From the NCBI GenBank assembly GCA_947467375.1, contig CANIHL010000001.1, forward strand, positions 26,610-90,609: a stretch of DNA of 64,000 nucleotides, given 5' to 3'. A program made the position numbers and the translations under genes. Shown here piece after piece: positions 7,082-15,918 of the stretch. This DNA is from Acidimicrobiaceae bacterium. GTDB lineage: Bacteria; Actinomycetota; Acidimicrobiia; Acidimicrobiales; Ilumatobacteraceae. The notes beneath the pieces were generated by a model. The model saw nothing but the letters and a program-made list of their open reading frames with translations, was not told where the DNA came from and did no database searches. The stretch's first letter is position 1, and the number at the start of each line of letters is the position of its first letter.

Positions 7082-8689
7082 TTATGAATTACGCCGGGTT
7101 TCGGCCTTTCGCTCCGAGTCCAATCGTTCAAGCGCTGGTGCCTCAAAGGTCATATGGGTCATGGCATCCGCAACTGCTCTGTGTCCTGCTTTTTCGGCAA
7201 TGAGACGATGCATCTCGATCACCACGCGTCGATATGCGGGGTGTCCCTGAGGGGCCGAACGCAACTCCAGCAGGTGAATTGCCTCGCGAGCGTTGAATTG
7301 CATGCTGTAGCGCAAGCGGTACGCCATGGAGATTGCGTACGCAGCCTGTTCTGGGTAATCCGGTCGCAACGCTTCATACAACGTCGCAGATCGGGTCATG
7401 GTCTCTTCAAATTCATCGGCAACGCCAGCTTCAGCAACAAGCTCCGGCATGACATAACCATGATCTGGAGACAGTCTCTGCCACTCGATGGTCAGCAAAC
7501 GATGGCGCTGGAGGTCCCGGAATGCTCCGTAGTCACCGAGCACATCGAAGCGGTAGTCGATTCTTTCAAAGGCACGACCTGGTTTGTGACGACGATTCTC
7601 TCGAGTTCCCACATAAGCCGCTATGAGACGAACCTTTTCGTCATGACTCAATTGGGCGACGCGATTGAGGAGTTGCGACTCAGGTAGATGTGAATGCGCA
7701 TAACAAATTGCTGCGAGCAACTTGTTCTCGCCATCTGGATCAAAGTCGATCAACTCCACTTCATTGACTGGGTCTGGTTCGAGCGCGCCAAACATATCGT
7801 CAACCAAGAAGGCGGTTTGTTCAGCATTAGTAGCGAGGTAACTACTCCACTTTCCTCCGCGCTCGGGTATGTCTACGCGACGTAAAAAACTCGGTACGAC
7901 TTTTCGTAATTCATGAAGCATCATGTCGGCGTACTGGCGCGATTCAGGAAGGGCATGTGCGCGCATGCGCAACAGCATCTGTTCGTAAGCCTGTCCAGTG
8001 CCAAAAATTCCAACATTTGACAGTGCACTTGCAGGCAGTATTCCTCGCACAGCATCAAGACCTTTTGCTCGCGTTGCCTGGCGATACACAAAATCGGAGT
8101 CATTGATTCCGCGAGGGATTGATTTGCGCACATGTTCTGTGACGGTTTGAACAAGTGAGCTGTAGCTATCGAACATGCGATCCATATCGCCCACATAACG
8201 CGTTCCATATGGACCACTCAATATTTCAGGATCTCGGTAGTACCGGTACCTTCCACCCAATCGAGCGTCGTAATTGATGTATCTCGTACTCTGCTCGAGA
8301 TAACTCATCAACCTTCCCCACTCAAGAATCTTGGTCAGCAGGTTGGATGCCTGTTCGCATGCCAGATGCACACCGCCAAGCTGTGCGACGGAGTCGTCGC
8401 CGTACTCAACAAACACCTTTTCGTAGAGTGCCTCTGCTTTGTCTATGCCAATGGTGGCGTCAACGCCAATATCACCAGTGAGGTCGAGATCGTTAACGAA
8501 TTCATCGAGGAATAATCGGCGCAGACTTTTGGGGCTGCGGCTGTATCGCGCAAACAACGCACCCTTGACAACTTCCGGCAGATTAACGAGCGCGAAAACC
8601 GGGAGGTCGAGGTTCGTGAAATACCGTTTAAGTATTTCCGCCTCTCCATCTTCGAAAACCTCTGGAATGTAGACCGTCACGAGGGGCAA
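7082..8689 (-). CDS. Tandem Thy1-domain (ThyX-like, flavin-dependent thymidylate synthase family) protein
   Basis: 535 aa. Half 1 reads ...VHLACEQASNLLTKILEWGRLMSYLEQSTRY...AVRGILPASALSN. Half 2 reads ...DYRFDVLGDYGAFRDLQRHRLLTIEWQRLS...FNAREAIHLLELRS. Both follow the ThyX core pattern (RHRxxSxxxxSxRY ... ARxxLP/NxR). Confidence 0.7.
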   Translation of the reverse strand: MPLVTVYIPEVFEDGEAEILKRYFTNLDLPVFALVNLPEVVKGALFARYSRSPKSLRRLFLDEFVNDLDLTGDIGVDATIGIDKAEALYEKVFVEYGDDSVAQLGGVHLACEQASNLLTKILEWGRLMSYLEQSTRYINYDARLGGRYRYYRDPEILSGPYGTRYVGDMDRMFDSYSSLVQTVTEHVRKSIPRGINDSDFVYRQATRAKGLDAVRGILPASALSNVGIFGTGQAYEQMLLRMRAHALPESRQYADMMLHELRKVVPSFLRRVDIPERGGKWSSYLATNAEQTAFLVDDMFGALEPDPVNEVELIDFDPDGENKLLAAICYAHSHLPESQLLNRVAQLSHDEKVRLIAAYVGTRENRRHKPGRAFERIDYRFDVLGDYGAFRDLQRHRLLTIEWQRLSPDHGYVMPELVAEAGVADEFEETMTRSATLYEALRPDYPEQAAYAISMAYRLRYSMQFNAREAIHLLELRSAPQGHPAYRRVVIEMHRLIAEKAGHRAVADAMTHMTFEAPALERLDSERKAETRRNS

Positions 8690-8726
8690 TCTTAGAAGTC
8701 CCGCCCCGTGTTATCGGGTATGCCTA

Positions 8727-9347
8727 TTAGGCGTAGATCTGAACGCAGTCGCTCTGAATGCGGCACGCAACCTTGGTGACAGTTGCTACAAATTGGCCGT
8801 CAATCGTGAGTCGCTGTGGACTCCCCTCCCAATGAGAGAAGTCACCCTGACTATAGGAAAGTAACGGATGTGGAAGATGGGTCCCAAGAGACGTCTTTTG
8901 CCACATCAAGCGGCGCTGGCTCCAACGCATAGCACCGGATACTTCAAAGATATCGAGTTTTCCATCGTTGAGATGTGCGCGCGGTGCCACTTCGTGGTCG
9001 TTCCAATATCCGCTATTGCTCACTATGCAAATTGCGCCTCGCAGGAACCTGCGTGCAATGCTCAAGGATCCAATGCACACATCCGTGTGTTCCACGCCAT
9101 GAGCGTCGGTGTAGGACACAGATATCGCGTCGATAATCACGCGGATGCACTCGTCATTGTTTGAGCGACTCTTCACGCCAAGAACTCGTGTGATGTCACC
9201 TGATTTCATGAATAGCGATTGTGCATGTATTTGTTGTGCGGAATTATCACGAAGGAATAATCCAAGTTGGCGATCCGACGACATGACACGTGCATGATCG
9301 GGAATCGGAGACGGTATTCCCCATTCGGATCCAGGGCTAATCGGCAT
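8727..9347 (-). CDS. Stand-alone DAGK/YegS-type accessory (C-terminal) domain protein
   Basis: 206 aa. IVSNSGYWNDHEVAPRAHLNDGKLDIFEV...GTHLPHP...LTIDGQ matches the N..y...aP.A...DG.LDv ... G.H ... DGE pattern of lipid-kinase C-terminal domains. No GGDGT catalytic N-domain is present. Confidence 0.45.
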   Translation of the reverse strand: MPISPGSEWGIPSPIPDHARVMSSDRQLGLFLRDNSAQQIHAQSLFMKSGDITRVLGVKSRSNNDECIRVIIDAISVSYTDAHGVEHTDVCIGSLSIARRFLRGAICIVSNSGYWNDHEVAPRAHLNDGKLDIFEVSGAMRWSQRRLMWQKTSLGTHLPHPLLSYSQGDFSHWEGSPQRLTIDGQFVATVTKVACRIQSDCVQIYA

Positions 9348-9349
9348 CG

Positions 9350-11962
9350 TTACATCTTGCCGATTTGACTCGATGCAGCAATGACACCGGTGAAGAGGGA
9401 CTTGGCAGCAAGTGCGCTCGTAGATGTCGAAACAGACTGGTCATCAAGAGTGGTGAATTGCCGGAGGATGTCGATGAGCTGCTTCATGGTGCGTACGAAG
9501 TCTCCTGCAGTTACATCGTCTTCGTCCAATATGTCGAACAGTGACGTGCCATGCGACCAGTCAAACGCAGTGGCCATAAAGCCAGCGTCTGGAGCGCGAT
9601 GCGGGAGTAGACCAGCGCGAATCTCACTCGCTGTGATTCGTCGACTGATGTTTTCAATCTCGGACCATCGCTTTTTCAATTCAGCATTTGGAAAAAGGGG
9701 TTTCGCAGATTCATCTCGCCGACGATCTTCGTACACAAATACCGAAGCAAGACTTGCTAAATCATGGGCATTTAAACCTGAGAAAATGCCTTCGGAGAGA
9801 CATTCTGCAATCAACAGATCAGATTCATGAAAGATTCGTCCAAGTACGACACCTTTTGCCGTCAATGACCATTCGCTTATGTACCCCCACTCTTCAAGAA
9901 GGTTCGTGAGATCGTCAAATTTCTTACTGACTGACTGTGCGGAATTAGATACACGCTTTTCTAATTGATCAAGTTCTTTTGTAACGCGGTCCGCTGACTC
10001 TGCAGCATTGAGCTTGAATTTGGCATCAGGGTCACGCAAAAACGGATGATCTGAATTCGCTCGCGAATCCTTTTTGCCACTGCGAGAAAGAACACGATCA
10101 TTGATTTTGAACTTCGCTAATAGCGTTGAAGTCTCTTTCAAAAAGCGTGAGTTAGTCGGCTGGAATGGCATTGGCAATTCAATGTGCCCCAGTGTGTAAA
10201 TTGTTTCAGTTACGTCACGCGATGTAACTGTGCGCACTCCCCTGTTGATCGACAGAAGCGACAACTTGCCACCCGTGCCTCGGCTTGCCGTAGAGATCAC
10301 CACCAGGCGATCACTTGCCGTTGCTTCACCAATGAGCACGACATCGCCAGGACGTAAGCGCGCAAACTGAGATTCCAGATCAGTAAAACTTTTTGTCTTT
10401 ACGTTCCCCTTCCTGAAGTTCTCAATATCGCCGTAATCGCTGTAGGACTGTTCCCGAAGTCGTTGTTCCTCTTTGCCTCTTCGCGCAATACGCGCTTGAA
10501 TCTCTACTATCTCGCGACCAGATTGGAACTGTGCGAACGACAGGTTGAGAAAATGTCGTGCCTGCACTCGGCTCGTAGTGCGGATCAGGTTTGCAGCCAT
10601 GTTGTAGGTCGGACGAAATGCCGAATTCAAAACAAACGATCGGCTTGATACCAAAGCGGCAACTTGTTCGAAAGTAACGAATGGGTTCCACAGTGTGAGT
10701 GCATGACCAACCGTGTCGAGGCCTCGTCGTCCAGCACGACCAGTGAGTTGCGAGAAATCGGAAGGCTTAAGAATTTGATGAGTCTCACCGTTGTACTTGG
10801 TGATTTTGTCGAGCACGACGGCACGAGCAGGCATGTTGATGCCAACGGCAAGTGTCTCTGTGGCGAACACCACTTTCACAAGACCTTGTGCGAAGCACTC
10901 TTCAACCGCTTCCTTGAAGCTCGGTACAAGGCCGGCATGATGCACACCGATGCCAGCCTCCAGTTGCCGCAGAAAACGCGTGTAGTTCAATGCGGCCAAA
11001 TCGTCATCGGTAAACGCTTCTACGTGACTTTCCAGAATGCCAGCGATGATCTCTCGATCTTGTGCTGTGGTGAAAGAAATGCCCAACTTCAAGCACGAGT
11101 GTGCCGCTTCATCACATTGATTGCGGCTGAAGATGAAATAGATCGCAGGGAGAAGATCATCTGACTGCAGTTGCAACAACACATCGGGACGATTAGGAGT
11201 GAAGAATCGACTTGGCGGACCGCTTTGTCTGCCTCGTGATCCGTATGGGTGTTGCTTCTTTGTTTTTGGCGCTGACATCGCCTCAATCTTTGACACCTGC
11301 TCATTGGGCTTACCACCAACGATGGTGTCGAACACGCGCAACTGATTCGTCGTCTTGTCTCCGACCACATAATGATTCGTCAGCTCTACTGGTCGTTTAC
11401 TTTCCACGATCGGCCTAGTTGGACCGCGAACGGTGGTGAGCCACTCACATAGTTCGTCAGCATTGCTCACCGTTGCAGATAGACAAACCAATTGAACGGT
11501 TGGATCGAGGTGGATGATCACTTCTTCCCACACAGGACCACGGTAGGCATCCTGAAGAAAATGGACTTCGTCAAGGACTACGACACCGAGATTGTCAACA
11601 TTTGAAGACCGCGCATAGATCATGTTGCGAAGCACTTCTGTAGTCATCACCACGATTGGAGCCTGTGCGTTGATGCTGTTGTCACCCGTAAGCAACCCGA
11701 CTTCGTTTGCGCCATACAGTTTGACTAATTCATGAAACTTCTGATTAGAGAGGGCCTTAATTGGAGCTGTATAAAACGCTCGCTTCCCCATCTTTCTGGC
11801 GAGGCCAATCGCGTATTCAGCAACAACCGTTTTCCCAGATCCCGTTGGAGCAGCAACCAGAACACTTTCACCGGCATCGATGCAATCAAATGCCTGAATC
11901 TGGAAAGCGTCTAATTCGAATGAGTAACCGCTCGTGAGCGAGTGGCGATGCGGGGACGTCAC
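9350..11962 (-). CDS. helY: Ski2-like DEAD/DEAH-box RNA helicase HelY
   Basis: 870 aa. It has AAPTGSGKT, LDEVHF and SATV motifs plus a long arch/DSHCT-like C-terminus, and sits directly downstream of tatC as in mycobacteria. Confidence 0.9.
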   Translation of the reverse strand: MTSPHRHSLTSGYSFELDAFQIQAFDCIDAGESVLVAAPTGSGKTVVAEYAIGLARKMGKRAFYTAPIKALSNQKFHELVKLYGANEVGLLTGDNSINAQAPIVVMTTEVLRNMIYARSSNVDNLGVVVLDEVHFLQDAYRGPVWEEVIIHLDPTVQLVCLSATVSNADELCEWLTTVRGPTRPIVESKRPVELTNHYVVGDKTTNQLRVFDTIVGGKPNEQVSKIEAMSAPKTKKQHPYGSRGRQSGPPSRFFTPNRPDVLLQLQSDDLLPAIYFIFSRNQCDEAAHSCLKLGISFTTAQDREIIAGILESHVEAFTDDDLAALNYTRFLRQLEAGIGVHHAGLVPSFKEAVEECFAQGLVKVVFATETLAVGINMPARAVVLDKITKYNGETHQILKPSDFSQLTGRAGRRGLDTVGHALTLWNPFVTFEQVAALVSSRSFVLNSAFRPTYNMAANLIRTTSRVQARHFLNLSFAQFQSGREIVEIQARIARRGKEEQRLREQSYSDYGDIENFRKGNVKTKSFTDLESQFARLRPGDVVLIGEATASDRLVVISTASRGTGGKLSLLSINRGVRTVTSRDVTETIYTLGHIELPMPFQPTNSRFLKETSTLLAKFKINDRVLSRSGKKDSRANSDHPFLRDPDAKFKLNAAESADRVTKELDQLEKRVSNSAQSVSKKFDDLTNLLEEWGYISEWSLTAKGVVLGRIFHESDLLIAECLSEGIFSGLNAHDLASLASVFVYEDRRRDESAKPLFPNAELKKRWSEIENISRRITASEIRAGLLPHRAPDAGFMATAFDWSHGTSLFDILDEDDVTAGDFVRTMKQLIDILRQFTTLDDQSVSTSTSALAAKSLFTGVIAASSQIGKM

Positions 11963-11968
11963 AACTAA

Positions 11969-12760
11969 CTATTCGCCATCTGGCGAACGTTTCTTCTTTC
12001 GTCGCTGCGCGATAAATCCGATGAGAATTGCAAGCAGGAACAACAACGTCATCGGGATTGCTAATGCCATCATGGAGATGGGATCGCCGCTCGGCGTGAT
12101 GACTGCTGCAATCACAAATGTTCCCATGATTGAATAGCGCCATTGCTTGATGAGCGTTTGAGGTGTGACTACTCCCACAAGCTGCAGAAACACCACGAGC
12201 ACAGGCACGAGGAATCCTGCACCAAAGGCCAGCACCATCATTGCAACGAGGCTGATGTATTTCGAGATTTGGTAAGTCTGTTCAACACCGGCTCCAGACC
12301 ATGCGATGAGGAATTCGAGCGCTTTGTCGAGCGTCCAATATGCAAGCCATGCTCCCGTGAGAAACAGAATCACCGACGTAACGATGAATGGGATGGAGTA
12401 TTTCTTTTCTTGTTTGTTGAGTGCGGGAACAATAAATTTCCACAGTTGCCACATGATGACAGGAAGAGCAATGATCAAACCGCCGTAGCCGGCAATGCGC
12501 ATCCGCGAAGTAAGACCCTCGATTGGTCCTAATGCAAACAACGTGCCTTCACAATTAAAATCAGGTCGGGTCTTGCAAATATTGCGATACGGCTGTGTCA
12601 GAAACTTAAGAAACGCATCGTAGAAAACCAAAATGATCGTTGATCCAACCGCGACTGCAAGGAGCGACCGAACAAGACGCATGCGCAGCTCAGCGAGATG
12701 TCCAAAAATCGTCATGCCTCCCTCACCAGGTGAGTTTTGCCCTCTGCGCAAGCTGACCAC
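11969..12760 (-). CDS. tatC: Twin-arginine translocase subunit TatC
   Basis: 263 aa, six TM segments, with N-terminal HLAELRMRLVRSLL typical of TatC. Confidence 0.9.
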   Translation of the reverse strand: MVSLRRGQNSPGEGGMTIFGHLAELRMRLVRSLLAVAVGSTIILVFYDAFLKFLTQPYRNICKTRPDFNCEGTLFALGPIEGLTSRMRIAGYGGLIIALPVIMWQLWKFIVPALNKQEKKYSIPFIVTSVILFLTGAWLAYWTLDKALEFLIAWSGAGVEQTYQISKYISLVAMMVLAFGAGFLVPVLVVFLQLVGVVTPQTLIKQWRYSIMGTFVIAAVITPSGDPISMMALAIPMTLLFLLAILIGFIAQRRKKKRSPDGE

Positions 12761-13137
12761 TATCGATCCGTTTCCGGCTGCGAGTCAGGAATGCCGATAT
12801 CGAATGGAACAAACTTTGGTTCCGGCTCGGGTGCTTCAATTTCGGTAGGAACATTTGGCGCGTCGTGATCAAAAGTTCCGGCTCCAGAAAGGGTGTTATT
12901 CACTTCCTGGCTCGCAGAGTCGAACATGGATTTATATCCCTGTGCGGTTTCCTTCAGGTCGCCAATGGTGTCGCCGAAGGCTCCCTTGAATTCCGATTGC
13001 GCGTCGTTGGTGATGCGCTTGAATTCGCCGTACAACTTGCCGGCTTTACGAATTACCCCAGGGAGTTTTTCGGGTCCCAAAATAACAAGACCCAAGATCA
13101 TCAGGAAGAAGATCTCACTTCCAGAGAAATTAAACAC
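12760..13137 (-). CDS. tatA: Twin-arginine translocase TatA/TatB-family protein
   Basis: N-terminal TM helix and hinge, FNFSGSEIFFLMILGLVILGPEKLP, then an amphipathic helix. The track start is GTG 13143. I prefer the second GTG (13137) because TAGACT lies 6 nt upstream of it. Confidence 0.8.
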   Translation of the reverse strand: MFNFSGSEIFFLMILGLVILGPEKLPGVIRKAGKLYGEFKRITNDAQSEFKGAFGDTIGDLKETAQGYKSMFDSASQEVNNTLSGAGTFDHDAPNVPTEIEAPEPEPKFVPFDIGIPDSQPETDR

Positions 13138-13143
13138 GCTCAC

Positions 13144-13149
13144 AGTCTA
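13144..13149 (-). promoter_or_regulatory. -10-like hexamer TAGACT, 6 nt before GTG 13137
   Basis: TANNNT + GTGAGC + GTG on minus strand. Confidence 0.35.
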
Positions 13150-13173
13150 AACCTTGATCCATCTGGCTATGCG

Positions 13174-13179
13174 TAGCAT
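13174..13179 (+). promoter_or_regulatory. -10-like hexamer TAGCAT, 6 nt before GTG 13186
   Basis: TANNNT + GGCTTC + GTG. Confidence 0.4.
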
Positions 13180-13185
13180 GGCTTC

Positions 13186-13899
13186 GTGCAAGAACGTATT
13201 TCGCCCATCATCGACGGCCAAATCACCTTCGCCCACCGTGGCGCACGAGCCCACCTGCAAGAGAACACCATCGAAGCTTTTGAACTGGCAATCAGGCTTG
13301 GTGCGACTGGACTCGAATCGGATACCTGGATCACTCGTGATGGAATCGCGGTGCTCGATCACGATGGCATTGTGAAAGGGCGCTTGCGAAACAAACCAAT
13401 CAGCAACTTTGATAGAGATCAACTCCCCGATTGGATTCCTTCGCTTACCGACATGTACTTGCGTTGCGGTTCACAATTGCATTTGAGTTTGGATATTAAG
13501 GATGTGAACAGCATGGATGCTGTTGTGCGCACCATGGGCGTGCATGGCAATCCAGAAAAGACATGGCTGTGCCATCCAGATTTAAGGTTCCTAGAACAAT
13601 GGATCGGACGTGTAGGTGGAGCAAATCTTGTTCACTCCACTCGGCTCAAGGCCATGAGTAAAGGACCAGAGCGACATGCTGCTACGTTGCGCGACCTTGG
13701 AATTTCAACCGTCAATATGCCATTCCCCGATTGGAATGGTGGTCTTGTTGCATTGTTCCATCGGTTCAACATTTTTTGCTTCGGATGGAATCTGCAATAT
13801 CCCGAAGTGCTGACAACAGGTTTGCGGATGGGACTTGACGGGATTTTCAGTGATTGGCCAGATCGGGCATCTGATGCAATCAGGAAGTTAGAAGAATAA
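13186..13899 (+). CDS. Glycerophosphodiester phosphodiesterase family protein
   Basis: 237 aa with FAHRGARAHLQENTIEAFELAIRLGATGLESDTWITRDGIAVLDHD (GDPD HR..EN..E.D motif). Confidence 0.85.
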   Translation: MQERISPIIDGQITFAHRGARAHLQENTIEAFELAIRLGATGLESDTWITRDGIAVLDHDGIVKGRLRNKPISNFDRDQLPDWIPSLTDMYLRCGSQLHLSLDIKDVNSMDAVVRTMGVHGNPEKTWLCHPDLRFLEQWIGRVGGANLVHSTRLKAMSKGPERHAATLRDLGISTVNMPFPDWNGGLVALFHRFNIFCFGWNLQYPEVLTTGLRMGLDGIFSDWPDRASDAIRKLEE

Positions 13900-13901
13900 A
13901 T

Positions 13902-14486
13902 TTACAGCCAGTGAAATGAGCCAATAGGCCAAATAATCACGAATGCTCTGCCAACTACGAGTTTTTCATCGATGGTTCCAAACATTCGGCTATCAAATGA
14001 TTGCGGTCGATTGTCGCCCATGACAAAAAGATGTCCACTCTCAACGGTGGTCACTGCCATCTCCGGTATCCGACAGCGATCATCCAGATTCGTTTGCGCT
14101 AGGTCGTAGTCGTTCAAGTAGGGCTCATCTATCGATTTACCATTTACCGAGACCACACACTTAGAGATCGAAATCGTGTCGCCAGCTAGACCGATCACTC
14201 GCTTAATGAGATCATCATGTTGCACGGCTATGCCATCAGTTGTAACTCGGTCAAAGACGACTACGTCTCCGCGATGAATGTCGTGCAGACGATAGGAAAT
14301 CTTGTTGACGAGCACTCGATTGTCCTGAAACATGGTGGACTCCATGCTTGGACCGCTGATATAAAACTGTTGCAGCGCGAAACCACGAACCAAAAAGGCG
14401 ATAATGAGGGCTACACCAACTACCGTCACCCATTCGCGAATTGCCTTAAAGCCTTCCTTCGGAATGGTCTCTGCAGCATCTGACAT
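13902..14486 (-). CDS. lepB: Signal peptidase I
   Basis: 194 aa with an N-terminal TM segment, SGPSMESTM (catalytic Ser), RGDVVVF, KRVIGLAGD and GDNRPQSFDSR boxes. Confidence 0.9.
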   Translation of the reverse strand: MSDAAETIPKEGFKAIREWVTVVGVALIIAFLVRGFALQQFYISGPSMESTMFQDNRVLVNKISYRLHDIHRGDVVVFDRVTTDGIAVQHDDLIKRVIGLAGDTISISKCVVSVNGKSIDEPYLNDYDLAQTNLDDRCRIPEMAVTTVESGHLFVMGDNRPQSFDSRMFGTIDEKLVVGRAFVIIWPIGSFHWL

Positions 14487-14583
14487 GGATCTCTAACCTA
14501 TCAACTGTCGTTTATCGGTATAGAAATGCGCAGTTGGAACAAATTCACATGGCCAAAATACGCATGTCGAGATGCAGGCGATG

Positions 14584-14589
14584 TAGTCT
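14584..14589 (+). promoter_or_regulatory. -10-like hexamer TAGTCT upstream of the ferredoxin gene (leadered; SD GAAGGAG at 14622-14628)
   Basis: Same hexamer as at 4921 and 52767. Here it is followed by a ~40-nt leader with a strong SD. Confidence 0.3.
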
Positions 14590-14636
14590 GAGTGGCGAAT
14601 TAGTCGTCAAAAAAAGTTGCTGAAGGAGTACATAAC

Positions 14637-14882
14637 ATGAAGGTCTGGATTGATCAAGATCTCTGCACCGGAGACGGACTGTGTGAGGAAATTGCACCAG
14701 ATGTGTTCACATTGCTCGACGATGGTCTTGCTTATGTACGTGAGAAGGACAAAATCTTCGCCACTGCCAAGGGCAACGCTCAGGGCGCTGAAGGTATGGC
14801 CAACTTTGAAGACAAGTTGATGGACGCTGTTATTGAATCCGCCGAGGAATGCCCCGGCGAATGCATTTTCATCGAGCCTTAA
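14637..14882 (+). CDS. fdx: Single-cluster ferredoxin
   Basis: 81 aa with CTGDGLCEEIAP ... ECPGECI cysteine pattern. Confidence 0.85.
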   Translation: MKVWIDQDLCTGDGLCEEIAPDVFTLLDDGLAYVREKDKIFATAKGNAQGAEGMANFEDKLMDAVIESAEECPGECIFIEP

Positions 14883-15682
14883 TCATTCGCCTGTTCAGAT
14901 AACACGGCGTTTACGCCGATGTAGCGAGCAACAGTGAGGAACGCGGTGTGTGCAACCATTCTGTGGTCTGGACGAACGGCCATGCCCTCGATGTGCCATG
15001 TGCGATGCAACACTTCCATCGTGCGTGCCTCAATCCAGGAGTTTCCGAAGCACTGTCGCACTTGCACAGCTTGAGTGATGCTTGGCGTATAGGCAACGAG
15101 TAACCCACCCTTACGCAACACCTTTTCTGCGTGCGGAACAACGTTCCACGGTTCTGGTAAATCAAGTACTACCCGATCGAAATCTTGACCATCGATGCCT
15201 TCGTACGCATCGCGTATCTGTACGTCGTAGCGATCCAAAGCTTCAGCACCGAGGAACGAGCGAACATTGGACTGCGCGCGATTTGCAAAATCTTCTCGCA
15301 ATTCGTAGCCCGTGATATGTGCTCCGTAACGAAGCATGGTCATTGATAGAGCCCCGCTACCAACACCAGTCTCAAACACACGCATGCCTGGTCCAATATC
15401 GGCGATCATGCAAATAGGTGCAAGATCCTTCGGGTAAATAACTTGGGCGCCGCGTGGCATTTCGAGTACGAAATCTTCCAACGTCGGACGCAAAATTGAA
15501 TAACTCGAACCTTTTGAGTTAGCAATGAGGGCACCTTCTTCTAGTCCAACAATTTGCGCATGCGTGATGACGCCCGAGTGGCTGTGGAATTCTCCCTTTT
15601 CAGAAAGCGTCGCAAGATATCTGCGTTTCTTGCTGTCAATGATCAACACTCGTTCACCAAATTGAAAAGTGCGGATACTCAT
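14879..15682 (-). CDS. trmI: tRNA (adenine58-N1)-methyltransferase TrmI
   Basis: 267 aa with GAQVIYPKD and the ETGVGSGALS SAM motif. Homologous in layout to Rv2118c-type TrmI. Confidence 0.85.
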   Translation of the reverse strand: MSIRTFQFGERVLIIDSKKRRYLATLSEKGEFHSHSGVITHAQIVGLEEGALIANSKGSSYSILRPTLEDFVLEMPRGAQVIYPKDLAPICMIADIGPGMRVFETGVGSGALSMTMLRYGAHITGYELREDFANRAQSNVRSFLGAEALDRYDVQIRDAYEGIDGQDFDRVVLDLPEPWNVVPHAEKVLRKGGLLVAYTPSITQAVQVRQCFGNSWIEARTMEVLHRTWHIEGMAVRPDHRMVAHTAFLTVARYIGVNAVLSEQAND

Positions 15683-15918
15683 AGTGGTGAATCTTTCTTG
15701 CGGATGATTACTTCTTCATCCTTGCGTAGGCGAACGGTTGTGACACTTCTTTTGCGGTTGCGTTTGCGGACCCACTTCAACACACGCCAAACAACTGGAA
15801 TCCACCACAGCGACTCCCGAACAGATGGTGCGTTGGGCGAGGTTGCAGACTTCTTATCGCCGGATTTCGAGGACACTGCGACGCTTTCTACCGCTTCTCC
15901 GTCCAAATGCGTAAGCAA
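15679..15918 (-). CDS. Possible small basic protein (uncertain)
   Basis: 79-aa ORF whose TGA overlaps the trmI ATG (ATGA). It overlaps ORF 15854-16063 in another frame for 65 nt. The true start may be internal. Confidence 0.25.
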   Translation of the reverse strand: MLTHLDGEAVESVAVSSKSGDKKSATSPNAPSVRESLWWIPVVWRVLKWVRKRNRKRSVTTVRLRKDEEVIIRKKDSPL

